From assembly GCF_000315625.1 (NCBI RefSeq), contig NW_005434663.1, positions 773,882-837,881 of the forward strand: 64,000 bases of DNA. Direction: 5' to 3'. Position numbers and translations under genes: made by a program. Under the pieces are notes generated by a model, which was not told where the DNA came from, did not search any database, and saw only the letters and a list, made by a program, of their open reading frames with translations. Below, piece by piece: positions 1 through 12,088 of this stretch. Origin of the DNA: Guillardia theta CCMP2712. Lineage: Eukaryota; Protista; Cryptophyta. The first letter of the stretch is position 1. Every line of letters begins with the position of its first letter.

Positions 1-982
1 TGAGAAGGTAAGCTTGACGACGAGCAGAGCAGGGGAGCAGGCTCAGAACCGATGACCGCGGTGCTACAGGGACGGGTTCAAGGCTACGGTGTGCAGGGAC
101 CCACAAGAATGGTATCTCGATGGGCCGGCTGGCCTGTGGGTGGGGTTGTTCATCTTTTCTAAGGTGATGTCCACTCTGCTATGACTGCCAGATGACAGGG
201 CTGGTTGACAGATCCCAGAACTGTTGGATACTGCATTTCTGGTGCTTCAGAAGAAGAGGGTAGAGGAGCAAGCGTGACTTTGACTGTCGCTGATGAGGTC
301 TTGCAGGTCATTTTTCTCCATTGGTTCCATCACGTAACTGTCATGCTCTACTGCTGGCACGCTTTCCACAACAAGGTTGCTCCCGGTGTGTTGAGTTGAG
401 TTCCCACGGCGTGTCGGCTGACGCTGCGGTTGAAGGGCTCTGGTTTGCAAGCATGAACTACCTGGTACACTCAGTGATGTACACGTACTACTTCGCCATG
501 GCAGCCAGGCTAAGGTGCGGCCTCCTTGTGCTCTGACCCCTCCCCTGACACGTTGACACGTTGTCAGTTGGTTGGCGACTCCGTTTGCGCCCATGATCAC
601 GTCAATCCAGATCACGCAGATGGCCGTGGGAAGCTACGTTACCCTCACATCGGCCATGGAGCACTTACAGGGGGGGGCTGCAGCCTGCTACGTAGACGCT
701 GCAAACTACAAGCTCGGCTTCGCCATGTACGCGTCTTATTTCGTGCTCTTCTCGTTCCTGTTCTACGAGAAGTACTTCGACCGCAACTCTAGGAGCAGTC
801 AGCAGAAGAGCGAGAAGATCTGTGGGGTGGACATTGGGTCCAGAGGAGCTGTGGACACAGCGGGAAGGTTCGAAGACTTCTCGAGGGGAAGTGCATCGCC
901 TAGCACGAGTGGGAATGCGAGTCCGTTGTGGACTGCTTCGAGTATTGCTCAGGTGGTCGACGGGAAGAAGAAAACAAAATAG
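1..982 (+). CDS. ELO/GNS1/SUR4 family fatty-acid elongase, 5' end outside the window, multi-exon
   Basis: Spliced exons read FSKIPELLDTAFLVL, VIFLHWFHH (His box), MNYLVHSVMYTYY and ITSIQITQM, all ELO motifs. C-terminal KKKTK is a di-lysine ER-retention-like signal. Short GT-AG introns. Confidence 0.92.
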
Positions 983-1144
983 GGTTGTCAAGATAGTCAG
1001 GGGCTGGAAGCTTTGAGTTCATTCCCAACAGATACAAAAATCGTGAGACAACACATTGAAATCTCACACAAGATTAACACAAAGGTTTAAATTGAAAGAA
1101 GAAACTACGGGTGATATACAGAGATTTGAGGCTTGTACCTGCCA

Positions 1145-1727
1145 TCATTGCTCAAGTGCCATGTTCTGTGGCTGAGTTGCGGGAGCCCTGCCAAGCTTGG
1201 GGCCATTGTCAACTCCCAGGCCCACAGCAGCCTCAGCATCGCGCTGGCAGTGCGGCTTAGCTCCCTTGAGCTCCTTCACTCTCATCTTGTAAAATCGCGA
1301 CTTCTTGTGCTGGTCGAGCGCCTGCTTGTTGATGAACCACCTTCCTGTCTCGACGCCTGCGCGTCATCTGAGTGCAAGGAGACAATCCTCAACAGGCTCA
1401 CAGTAGTATTGACCCATCCCAGGAAGGTCTTCGTCGAGCGGCTGCTTGGCCGTGCGGGGAAGAGCCTGCGGGGAAGTCAAGGAGGGGCAGCAATCATGAG
1501 CTCGGGACTTGCCGCATCAGCCCGGATGCCGTTGGCCTCCTCCTTCTCGGGGTCAGCACGAACATCCTTCCACACCTGGACGCGACTCATCTCAGCAGAG
1601 TCCCGAGGAGGGGATGGGACTCGACCTGGTCGACGTGCCTGTTCAGAAACCTTGCGAGCGCCGCGCGTTTCTTTGGGGCCTTCATGTTGTGCCCCTTCTT
1701 GGCTTTGTGACGCTGAGCAGACCCCAT
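1145..1727 (-). CDS. BUD20: Bud20/ZNF593-like pre-60S ribosome biogenesis factor, 4 exons
   Basis: Manual splicing gives MGSAQRHKAKKGHNMKAPKKRAALARFLNRHVDQVWKDV...PLDEDLPGMGQYYCVETGRWFINKQALDQHKKSRFYKMRVKELK...DAEAAVGLGVDNG, matching the DEDLPGxGQxYC...KxRxKEL family signature. The ORF track does not capture it intact. Confidence 0.85.
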
Positions 1728-1813
1728 CTACGACACGTGAAGGTGAACGACGCGAAGCAAACATTGACAAAATGCGGGATGTTCCGTGGACAAGAAATAA
1801 TCATGAGAGCTCC

Positions 1814-2418
1814 CTAGTTGTCTGTTCTACTTATTGGACATCTCAGGTCGAAGTGCAGGAAACAGAAACAACGTTGTGAAAGTATGAAACTACAGGCAAC
1901 TTCGCATGCCTTCGCTTTCTGCCAATCTCTAATTCTATCAGCGACTAATTGCATGAAGCTCATAGAAAAATTCATAGAAAACCTTGAAACCTGCAGCTCC
2001 ACATATCTGGCGCTTCGTCTAGGAATATCGTTCTCTTCCAAGATCGTTATACTTCTATATCCATACTGAAAAATACTAATGTTGCTTCCTGTACTTTTGC
2101 TGAAAAATGTCTCATTGCAACTAAGCATCTCCTTGTCTTGGTCTTCCATCTTCTCTATCACTCCTTGCTATACAACAACAGTGCAAAGTGTTCCCTCGCT
2201 TGACATCTGTTCACTGCACCTTGTCCGTTAACCTCACCAACTCCTTCAACTGCACCTCCTTCGCCTTCTTGTCTTTACTCGCTTGTCTCTGCCCTTTCTC
2301 CTGCTCTCTCGCTCCAGCTTCTATCCTGTCTTCACCTCTCCTCTCATCTCCTCCCCTCCCTCCCCTCCCCTCCCCTTCCCTCCTTCTATCTGCTCTTTCG
2401 CCTCTTCATTGCCGCATA
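1814..2418 (-). CDS. Possible small spliced hypothetical protein
   Basis: 115-aa ORF 1814-2161 preceded by a plausible gt...tag intron and an open, charged upstream frame. No start or homology recognised. Confidence 0.25.
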
Positions 2419-3009
2419 GGCACGTGCATACTTGATAAATGAAGTTTCAAGGTCCTGTGGCAGGGCAGTAATTAGTTACTGGCCCGGCCCGGCGGGCCGG
2501 GACCCGGGCTGCCGGCCGGCCGATATGATCCGATGATCACTGACACTGATGTGAAAGTTTAGACAGCCGCGCCTCCTCTGCCGCTGCCTCAGGAGTCCCA
2601 CCGGTGGGTGGGACTGAGCATGACAACGGGGAACGGGCCCGCCGGCCCCCAGCCGTCCGAGCGGACTACTATGATCTGAGACAGGCTCGGGAGACACAGG
2701 AATTGGGTCATTCAATCCAGGATGAGACAGGATTTCAGCTTTTCCAGTCATTTTCTTTGCTCAAGTTATCCCAAAGTCGTCGCATCATGCGCATCATTGC
2801 AGAAACAAACTTACACAGACAAGTCATCACAACACAACAACCATAACAACAAAATCAAAAGCAATGACTACTCGTGCAGCAGATTCTTGATGGCAATGAA
2901 ATCTTCACTCATCTTCATCATTCATGGCCTTGTCCTGTCACATTCTCAGAACCTCTTCACACCCTTCACCGCCTTCCGTCGCAATCTCCACTGCCCACTC
3001 CCCCATCCA

Positions 3010-6000
3010 TCATCTTACCTCGTTGGGGTCGGCGACGTCAGCTGAAATGTCCTTCTCTCCGGAGATCTCTGCATCCTTCCTCTCAGCTTGCAGCTTCGCG
3101 TCGAGGACCGTAGTGTATATTCTGCGAGCCTGCTGGGTCCTAGGGTGCATCTCTCCCTGCAGCTCCTCTCGGATCTTCAGCTCCTTCCTGTACCACTCCA
3201 TCCCTGCCTGAGGACCCTGGAGCTTGTGGAGGAGAGTTCCGATCATAGTGATCGCCTTCACTGTCTCCAGATGTTTCTCCCCGTAGACTCCAGTCCACAG
3301 CTGGTTGGCGTGCTGGAACAGCCGGAGGGCCTGCAGGAACTTCCGCTCGATCAGCGCTTCCTTCTCCATCTTGGTGCTTCGGAGGAACCCTGCTTGGACT
3401 GCCTCGGCCTTGCAGAAACTGAGTACGCCCTGGGCAAAGATGACCTCGGCTCTGAGCTGATCTTCTGCGTTGGCTCGCAGCTTCTGGCACTCCGACAGAG
3501 CATTGTTTGCGTGCTCGTACGCCTCTTGTGCGGTCCATTTCTCACACCCACCGAGGCGGCAAAGAGTAGCCAAGTTCAAACCCAGCCAGTAGAGGCTCTG
3601 GCCATACATGTGCTCGTACTTCTCCCGATTCTCACCCTCGGCTTCCTTCAGGCTCTGGAAGACTTCCACTGCATCCACTGCGTACTCTGCCGCTCGGATC
3701 ATAATGTCCTTGGTGTATTCAGGAGAAGCGGCGGCCCACTTGTTCAACAGCTCCGCACAATACAAGGAAACCTGTATGCCAAAGCCATCAAACGGTAATT
3801 TCAGAATTGATCAGGTACTACCTCTCCAGATCTCCGGTACTCCTCGCCCGTCTTATTCTTCGAGAAACCACCAGTTGAGGTTTCCTCAACTTCCATCTTA
3901 AGATCTTGGGCCTCGATCATCTCCGAATTCTTTCTCTGCGATTCTCTCAGCATAACCTGCGCCCAACGTAAGTTCTTTCTCGCCACGTCACGCTTTCTTC
4001 AACCTCGGCATTCTCAAATTCTCCAGCATCGGTCAAGAATTTCGCGACAACCACAGTAGAGTCTTCTCCCTTGGCAGCCTGTTCCGAAAATAAGCTTGCA
4101 AGCGTTAGACGCACTATCCGCCCGCACCTGGCTTGCTTTCATTGCCTCTGAGATAGCTGTTGAATCTAGCGCTCTGTTCCTCAACTTGTCATCAATCATG
4201 TTGGTATAGTTCCTTCGCGCTTGTTGTGTTCTTGGATGCAACTCTCCCTGCAATTCTTCCCTGATTCGTAGCTCACGTCTGGACCACTCGATACCCGCTT
4301 CCTTGCCATTGATCCGACTCTGCAATTGTCCAATCATGGTAATAGCCTTGACTGTCTGCAAATGCTTTTCTCCGTACGCCTCGCACCATTGGCCATATGC
4401 ATGTTCAAAATCTTTCAAGGACGTTGCAAGCAGCTCATTTACAGCCTGAAAAGAAAACAAAGAGAAGAGACCATCGATCAGCAGCTGTGAGTGGTAAGCG
4501 CCAACTCTTACCTCATCAACAGGTGGCGAACCCTCTGGAAGTACAATGTGGCCAGCCTTAAGAGCCTCAGCTTGGCAGAAACACAACACGCCGTCCACGA
4601 ACGCTAACTCAGCGATACGATGAGGAGGAGTGCAAGGAGTGACCATCGAGTGTGCAACGCTCAAGGCCTCAGCCGCTATCGCCGAAGCCTCAGAAGCCGT
4701 CCACTTCTCACCTCCTCCCAGTCTGCACAGTGTCGCATAGTTCAAAACTACCCAGTATAGTGCAGATGCAAAGCTTTCGATCGTTGCCAAATCTTGCGGT
4801 TGGATGGAAGCGAACACCTCTGCCGCTTCTTTGGCATACTCGGCAGCACGGACCATGAGGTCGGTGCTGTATTCTGGAGAGGCAGCTGCCCACTTGTTCA
4901 ACAGCTCCGCACAGTGCAAGCTCATGTCGCCCCACTGTTGTCCACGCATCGCTGGTTCAAGATGAATGGGGCCAGATTCGTCGATGAAGCTCTTGGTCAA
5001 CTTGATCAGCTCTTCCGCGTCCTCGAACTGTCCTGCATCGCCCAAAAACCTTGCAACTAGCATGCAAGATCGAGAAGGATCAAGACCCATCAGCTCACTG
5101 CACTGCGTTGCCATGGCAACTCCTCCTTCAATCGACGAAGAGTCAGGGTTCTGAACCAAAATCACTTTTTTGCTTCCTCCTGGGGCACGCATCTTTTCTT
5201 CCGCCCACTCCGCAAGCACCTGGAACAAGTGGAATCAAATTCCTAGTTAACCTTGTCAATCCAATCTCGTTTACCTCGGCCAGAGCAGCTGGTGCAGTAT
5301 TAGTGTTTCTCTCTGCCAGTCTCCATTCAATAGCTGTGGCAGTATTGCATCGGTATGCTTGATTTGTTCCACTGTCTTCAACAACATTTCCTCTGAAGTG
5401 CCCTCCAGCATTTTCATCCAACCAAATACCACCATGAGCTCCCTGAAAACAATTTGTCAACCACTCAAACTCACGAATCGTTGACTCTGACCTGCAACAC
5501 AACATTGCACTCTAGAGTGGGTCGTGCTCTCCCATGAACCTGTGATGTAAAGGTTCAGTGTATTGGATTCAGAATCGATTTAACTCACCGCTACGCCTTC
5601 ATTCTGATTGGCACAAACGATGTTGTGGGTAAACTTTCCAGTAGCCTCATCCTCAAACAGAATGCCAGCAGCTTTGCCATCACAGATACAGTTTGCGATG
5701 AGTTCCGGGCTAGACTGTCGCCCAACATACACTCCTGCAAGCTCACTGTTGCGAATCATGTTGAACCTGTAAGTTCCCTTAGCTCTATCCATAATAACCA
5801 GTCCACGGCCAGCACCATTCGTGAGAACGTTTCCATCACAAATCGGGTCACTGTTATCCAAGACAGCGATGTTCGCACCATCATTGTGACAGATAGTATT
5901 TCCTCTTACAGTTACAGTTGTCGTCCCACGAATGATGATACCACCTAGCGGTCCATGTGAAATGATGTTTGCTACGAGTTCAGAAGCTGCTTGTTCCAAC

Positions 6001-7355
6001 AGGACAACGTTTCCATGAGCATTGTGCGACAAAGTATTTTGGCGAAATCGCCCCGTAGCGTTGTGCCTGATTAGCAACCCAGCATGCTTCCCATCGCGAA
6101 TGATATTCATCGCGAGGGTAGGATTGGCATTGTCAGTTACAACGACACCTGCGCGCATGTTACGCTCAATGACATTATTCTGCAATGTGCTGACTGCTCT
6201 TTCTTGAACCCATACACCATATCCAGTTCCGTCTGAAACGTAATTTCCATCAAAGAGAGCATTGCTATTGCCTTTTAAGCCAATGCCGGCATGTGTATTT
6301 CCAATCACTTGGTTCTTTTCGAAAATTCCTCTGCAGTTCTCATGCAAAACAATTCCACCTCCCCTGCCGTCCTTGACAATGTTGCTATGGAACAGGGGGC
6401 AGGCAAAATCAGTACCACCAACGCCAGCCATTGTGTTGCGCATTATTTCATTGTTTAAGAATTGTCCAGTTGCATGATCGTGCACCACAATCCCACCTTT
6501 CAGTCCATCTCTGACGATGTTTCGAACAACCAACGGGTCAGCATGACCACCAACTTGGATTCCACTTTTCTGATTCTGATATATATCGTTTGCAATAAGC
6601 TGACACTTAGCCTCCTCTTCGAGCCAGAAGCCGCCTTGCTTCCCATTGTAGACTTTGTTTTCCTCGAAAACGCCAACGCATGAGCCACGAGCAGCAACAC
6701 CAGCATTGCTGTTTGCAAAAACTTCATTTTTCAAGTATTTCCCTCCGCTGAGTCCTGTGCAAAATATTCCAAAACCATCATTGTCATGGATCGAACATCC
6801 TTCCACTGTAGGCGTCGCACTGTCTGCCACTTTGATTCCATCACCACAACATTGTAGAATTTCACAGTTGATCAGACTTGGAGCTCCTGTTCCACACACC
6901 AACACGCCGACGCTAACAGATCCTGTAATCACACAGCTGTCAATCGTCAAGTTCCCAGATTCCACCACAACACAGGCCATGCTTCCGAAAGGACCTCTGT
7001 GATCAATTTTGAGGTTGCACAAGTAAGCATCATTGAGATCTGAGAAGATAACAGGGTGGTCCGCTCGAGCCGCAACAATCACAGGATTCTCCGATGACGG
7101 CGTGCAACCTGGAGCAGCCACAATTTGAACACCCTCCTCCAATTCGAGCGCCTCTTCGTCGTATGTTCCACCATCTACCACAATTCGAGTCTTTTCTTTC
7201 TTTTCTCGGATGGATGCCAATGCAGCAGAAATGCTTGAGAAATCAGCATTTGTTTCAGGCTTGTTCGACACAGTAACTGTCTTTACGTCTTGTTCCATAT
7301 TGACGGGGGACGTTGCTGTGCCTAGCGCAGTATCTGACATAGGTTGATCCTCCAT
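3010..7355 (-). CDS. Parallel beta-helix (PbH1/CASH, FBXO11-like) repeat protein with two duplicated C-terminal TPR-like modules, multi-exon
   Basis: ORF 5580-7355 has about 20 repeats of roughly 23 aa (N.I.....GI.V......P). Downstream exons at 4014-5228 and 3010-3765 each contain CAELLNKWAAASPEY...YGEKHL.TVKAITMIG...ELQGE.HPRTQQARR, resembling kinesin-light-chain-type TPRs. GT-AG junctions link them. Confidence 0.8.
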
Positions 7356-9760
7356 TCCACGTGGATCAAACGATCAAAAGCTCATCGCAGACCTGCGACC
7401 TGCCCGAAGAAATGCACTCTGCAAGCCCTGGGCCTGCACACTCGTGTCAGAGCAAGGCATGGTAGTGAAAACCCATATCTCCGACTTGATTTGGTGTGTG
7501 ATGATTTCACCAGAATCTCAATGACAGAGGAAACGAGGGATTATATAAGTTTGATTCTGACCCTTGGCACCAGAAAAATGGATCGCATGAAACAGTTCAG
7601 GATAAAAGACCAACAAAGTCGCTCACAAACGAGTTTTATCAGACACCAGGCAAGGGGTGGGGCAGGACAGGAACGAAGAGGCAAGCATCCGTAGGGGATG
7701 AGATGCATTACTTCGATTGCGAATGAGGCTTTGGTCGCTTTAGATCGAGAAAATGGAGGCAGGATCAAAGAAAGGTAGGGAGATACGCGGGGGGTGGGGA
7801 GGGGGGCGGAAGACCAATGCAGTATACAGAGAGCCTTTGATAGAGGTGCGGTGAAAACATGAAACGAAACACGAGAGCCTGACGAAAGGGGACACATGGT
7901 AGAGGAGTGGGTCGCGAAATAGCAGGATGCAGTGAGATCATAGAAAGAGGAGGGGAGATAGAGATGATGGGTGAGAGAGATGCAGGCTATACGCCATGAG
8001 AAATGAGGAGCAATTTTTTGTCCCATGGTTGAGGGTAGCAGAGGCGGCAGCCGCCGCTGCCATAGTAAGAGGTTGTGAGCTTAAGATGATTTCCGATATG
8101 AAGGAATCAATGCATTAGGTTCCAAACGACTTAAGAAATTCTATTATTTATTTTCAAATGTTCATGACCAAGTTAAGATTTAATAGTTTCTTTTCCAGGA
8201 AATCGAAAAATGTTGGAGGGGGTTGGTTGTCTGCAGGCACCCCATTCGGTATTTTACTTACCTCGATTACCCACCCCTTTTGGTAGCGGCGCGACGCACC
8301 CACGTAACCTAAAAACATGTATATTAATATTGAGACTCTTGGTAAAATTTCAATATTCAGAGATACATTTGAACTCTAGAATTGAAAGAACCCATATAAA
8401 TACTAGAGAGTGTCCAATTCTACTTTGTATAAATATATTTATAAATTGTATCAATTGATTCATATCTCCTACAGAATTTTATAACTATAAAAACTTATCT
8501 GTACAAAAGGTTTGATAGATAAAATGTTGGTTTTTGCTTATCATCAAACCAAAAGTTGCTTTATTTCATCTCTTTGCAGTAAAACGTTTTACACGGGAGT
8601 ACCTTCCGGTTGCCTCGTGATAATATCCATCATGTGCATTGGTTGGACAAGGTAGGGTACTTCAATTTGTATGGTGGTAGGGTGATATGATTCACCCCAT
8701 CAACCCCCTGTTCACATAAGTGTTTGTCCACATTTCCATGCAGGGTACTTAAGATTTGAGGGTGGGGTGATCACCCAAGGGGGCGTAGAATGATGGAGGG
8801 TAGGGTGGTTCAGGACCCGTACATGTGTCACAGATGTAGAATGGGTACCTCACTCGACATGTTTGTGAAATGTATCAAATTTCACTTCAAATTTGAAACC
8901 TTCTGAAAACATATTTGGAAAACAAATTGAAATCAGAGTGCCTTCAAGTTCCGGGCGGGCCCACCACTTTCCCCGGTTGTGCCGCAATGGAGGATTTTTG
9001 ACCCATGGCGGATAGCAGGGTCGTCCTGGATGGTGTGGAAGAGCAAGAACAGACATGGATCTCTCCTCATATCTGAAGCCGCGTGAAGCGATGGAAGTAG
9101 CCGATCAGTGATCTCATGGACTTGAGCTTCTGGAGGGATCCACATCTTGCGAGTTTGGGACAGCATTTGGACGTTGGAGGGGCGAAAATCATTCTTCAAC
9201 GAAAATATTCCAACGATGCATGACGGCTCAGTTGCCATCTTCGAGGCAGTCGTTCTCCTGAGTTTCAACGAATTACGTCATAGCTCATATAAAGTGTTGT
9301 TGAAAAAAAAACGATGGACAGAAGGCATTTGTTGACAAAATAGCAAGTTAACCATGCACCTTTCGTTGTTACCATCGCATCATGGTTGGTGGTACATCAC
9401 AAGAATGGATGGTGATAAGCATGCAAACGTGAATCGGAACAATACGGCAAGCTTGTTTGTTCGACAGGTGTGGGTAAGCAAAGGCCGCGAAAATATCATG
9501 CAATGTGTCAAAGAATATGGCAAGATCATTGACCAGAGAGTCAACGACTGGCAAGACCATCGAGAAGCAATTCAGTGTGTGAAAGCGTGCCCAAGCTGAT
9601 TGCAAATGGTCACTATCAGCTGAAAACTGCGAGCTGGACCGCATAAAACCCAAGCATTTCTATCAACCTGCTAATTTCAAACACGACCAATGTTTATTGA
9701 CTTTGCTGATCTGCGACTACCATGTGTGATTTCGACTGCAACTGACAAAACCCTTATCAC

Positions 9761-12088
9761 TCAAACCTTCCTTCCTTCCTTTGCCTTCTGGCTCTCCGCC
9801 AAGATCATCTGGTTGTACCTGTCGTAGTGCACCTTGCGGTTCAAGCTGATCACCTTCCGCACCCTCCTCGCATTCCTCACAACTCGCTCGTACACGTTCC
9901 TCACAAACGGCGACTGAGGCACATCCGACTCGACCTTGCTCCCGTCCGCTGACACCAGCCGCAGCCATCGCTCCTCCATCGGCCCGTAGCTCTTCTCCAA
10001 AACCATCGCAGGCACCTCAAGAAGCCTCTCCAGCATCTCCCTCGAGTACGCTGACGGCTGGCTGGGCGACAGGCAAGAGGCGATGACCTCCTTCTCTGCC
10101 GCTGACAGCTCGGCCTCGAAGCTCGACGTCGCTGCCTTGACGCGCTCCTCCTTGTCGACAAGCGACGCCTCGAAGCTGTTGAGCGACGTCTTCAAGTGCT
10201 CCAGCAGCTCCGTCACCTTCGGGTCCTTCTTCGTCGCCATCAGTCGCTGCGACGCCACCGCCAGCATGCACGCCGCCAGCACGTCGAAGTGGAAGTCCGC
10301 GTGGTACTTGTGTAGCCTGCTGATGTCCAGCTGCAGGGTCTCCGGGCAAGCGTCGGTCTTGACGGGCTCACTCCCCATGATCAGGCTCAAGACCGCAGCT
10401 GTGTGGATCTGCTCGTACGCCGCGCCCTCGCCCTGCACGAGCTTCGACAGGTCTGCCCGGCCCCTCCCTACCTCCTTCTCTACCTGCGCCCGGATCCACT
10501 CTGGCGTGCGCTGGAGGTAGGCTGGGTTGGCTTTGATCTTCTTGTCCATGTGCGCTCGCTCGTACTCGATCCCGTGGTTCTGAATGACGTGAGCGATGTT
10601 CCGTAGCCGGGCGTTGGCCGCGTCTACTCTCATGACGTTCACCCGCCCCAGCACATACTCCAGCGCCGTGCAGAACAGCGTCGGCTGGTCCTCCGGCGTG
10701 CTAGCTCGGAGCTCCTGCTCGAGAGCCTTCCAGCCTGCCTGCGTCTCCTGCTTCCGCGAGGGCTCCTGCATCTCCATCGCGATCCCCAGCATCCCCTCGA
10801 TCAACGACACACACGACGACCAGTCCAGCGCCCCTGACTCGATCTGCTCTTGCCAGTAGGCCGTGTCGATCTTCTCCTTGAGCTCCTTGCTCCGGCTAGG
10901 CGATAGGTCGATCATCCCGTCCCTCACCTCCCCTACCACCTTGAGCACTCGCACGTAGCACGGCGGGGTGAGCCTCAGGTCGTCTACCAGGCTGTCCCAG
11001 AAAGCCACCTTGAAGCTCTCCCTCACCTTGGACAGCACGGGGTTGTCGAGGTAGCCTGCCCCCTGCTCGTCGAGCTTGAAGGCGGGATCCAGCAGCAGCT
11101 CGTGCGCCAGCTGCTCGTTGGTCATCCGGCCGGGCAGCGAAGACAGCCCGGACGCATTCGTCGAGGACGGTAGCTCTGCTGGCCTCGAGCTGCTTCCGGC
11201 CCCTTGCGAGGAGGACGATGCTGTCTCCTCCGACGGCTCCGCGTCGACCGCAGTGAAGCCTTGCTGTCTTAGCGCCTCGTCGAAGCTCTCCAGCCCCTGG
11301 GCTCCTGCGATCTGTAGCATCTTGGCTCGGAGCTTCGCCTTCTGCGCTCGGAACTCCTCCTTCATAGGCATGTACTCCTGGACGTCAGGGCTGAGGTGTG
11401 ACTCCGCGCGGTAGAGGGCGAGAAGCGCATGCTTGATGCGCTCGGTGAGCTTGTGCTCGTCCGGGACTTTCCAGTCCTTGAAGCGAGCGAGGTAGACGTT
11501 GAGCTGCTTGAGGAAGGGCCTCCACGAGCTCCAATCATGCTGCGTGAGAGGCTGAGCGCGAGAGCTCTCAATGCTCGAGCAGATGTGCCTCAAGGTAGTG
11601 ACGAGGTCGGCGGCGGCATGCTGCACTTGTTGCTCGAGGTGGCCGATGCTCTCGAAGCAGCTGCCGGGTCGGTTGACAACGAGGAAGGCGGCCATGAGGA
11701 CTCGGACGTTGAACTGCTCTACCGTCTCGTCCTTGTCCAGTGGGAGGCCTCGCCGGACGACAGCGCGCTGGATGAGGAAGATGATGCTGGTGACGAGGCG
11801 CTTGAAGTCTCGGATGACCCACTTCTTCTGGGAGCGAGCTGTCATGTCAGAGAAGCGAGCTTCTGCGGGCCACTCGGCGATCAAGGACGATCTGGCGAGT
11901 CTTGCGAGGAGGCTGGGGAGGGAGAATCGGAAGGCGGGGCCTCGGAGGAAGCGAGCGATGCGGGAGGCCAAGATGGTCTTGGGAGGGGAGAGCTGGAGTC
12001 GAGAGAGGACACGCAGGTCAGGGGGAGGGGAGGAGGACGGAGAGAGCAGGAGGTGAGGGGGGGAAGCCGGGGAAGCAGGACGATGCAT
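9761..12088 (-). CDS. TCP11/SOK1-family protein, copy 1 (intronless)
   Basis: Motifs NEQLAHELLLDPAFKL, VRESFKVAFWDSL, VVGEVRDGMIDL and MRVDAANARL fit the T-complex protein 11 domain. The ATG at 12088 is where identity with copy 2 begins. Confidence 0.8.
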   Translation of the reverse strand: MHRPASPASPPHLLLSPSSSPPPDLRVLSRLQLSPPKTILASRIARFLRGPAFRFSLPSLLARLARSSLIAEWPAEARFSDMTARSQKKWVIRDFKRLVTSIIFLIQRAVVRRGLPLDKDETVEQFNVRVLMAAFLVVNRPGSCFESIGHLEQQVQHAAADLVTTLRHICSSIESSRAQPLTQHDWSSWRPFLKQLNVYLARFKDWKVPDEHKLTERIKHALLALYRAESHLSPDVQEYMPMKEEFRAQKAKLRAKMLQIAGAQGLESFDEALRQQGFTAVDAEPSEETASSSSQGAGSSSRPAELPSSTNASGLSSLPGRMTNEQLAHELLLDPAFKLDEQGAGYLDNPVLSKVRESFKVAFWDSLVDDLRLTPPCYVRVLKVVGEVRDGMIDLSPSRSKELKEKIDTAYWQEQIESGALDWSSCVSLIEGMLGIAMEMQEPSRKQETQAGWKALEQELRASTPEDQPTLFCTALEYVLGRVNVMRVDAANARLRNIAHVIQNHGIEYERAHMDKKIKANPAYLQRTPEWIRAQVEKEVGRGRADLSKLVQGEGAAYEQIHTAAVLSLIMGSEPVKTDACPETLQLDISRLHKYHADFHFDVLAACMLAVASQRLMATKKDPKVTELLEHLKTSLNSFEASLVDKEERVKAATSSFEAELSAAEKEVIASCLSPSQPSAYSREMLERLLEVPAMVLEKSYGPMEERWLRLVSADGSKVESDVPQSPFVRNVYERVVRNARRVRKVISLNRKVHYDRYNQMILAESQKAKEGRKV

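Noticed and set aside
1133-1879. 248-aa plus-strand ORF
   Set aside because: Antisense shadow of the spliced Bud20 gene.
8043-8066. GC-rich hairpin as a Helitron 3' end
   Set aside because: No properly spaced CTRR terminus or matching 5' TC end, and no Rep/helicase.
9000-9673. TGA read-through or alternative genetic code (several in-frame stops are all TGA)
   Set aside because: TGG is also used, another frame looks equally protein-like, and there is no homology support. Chance or pseudogene decay is sufficient.
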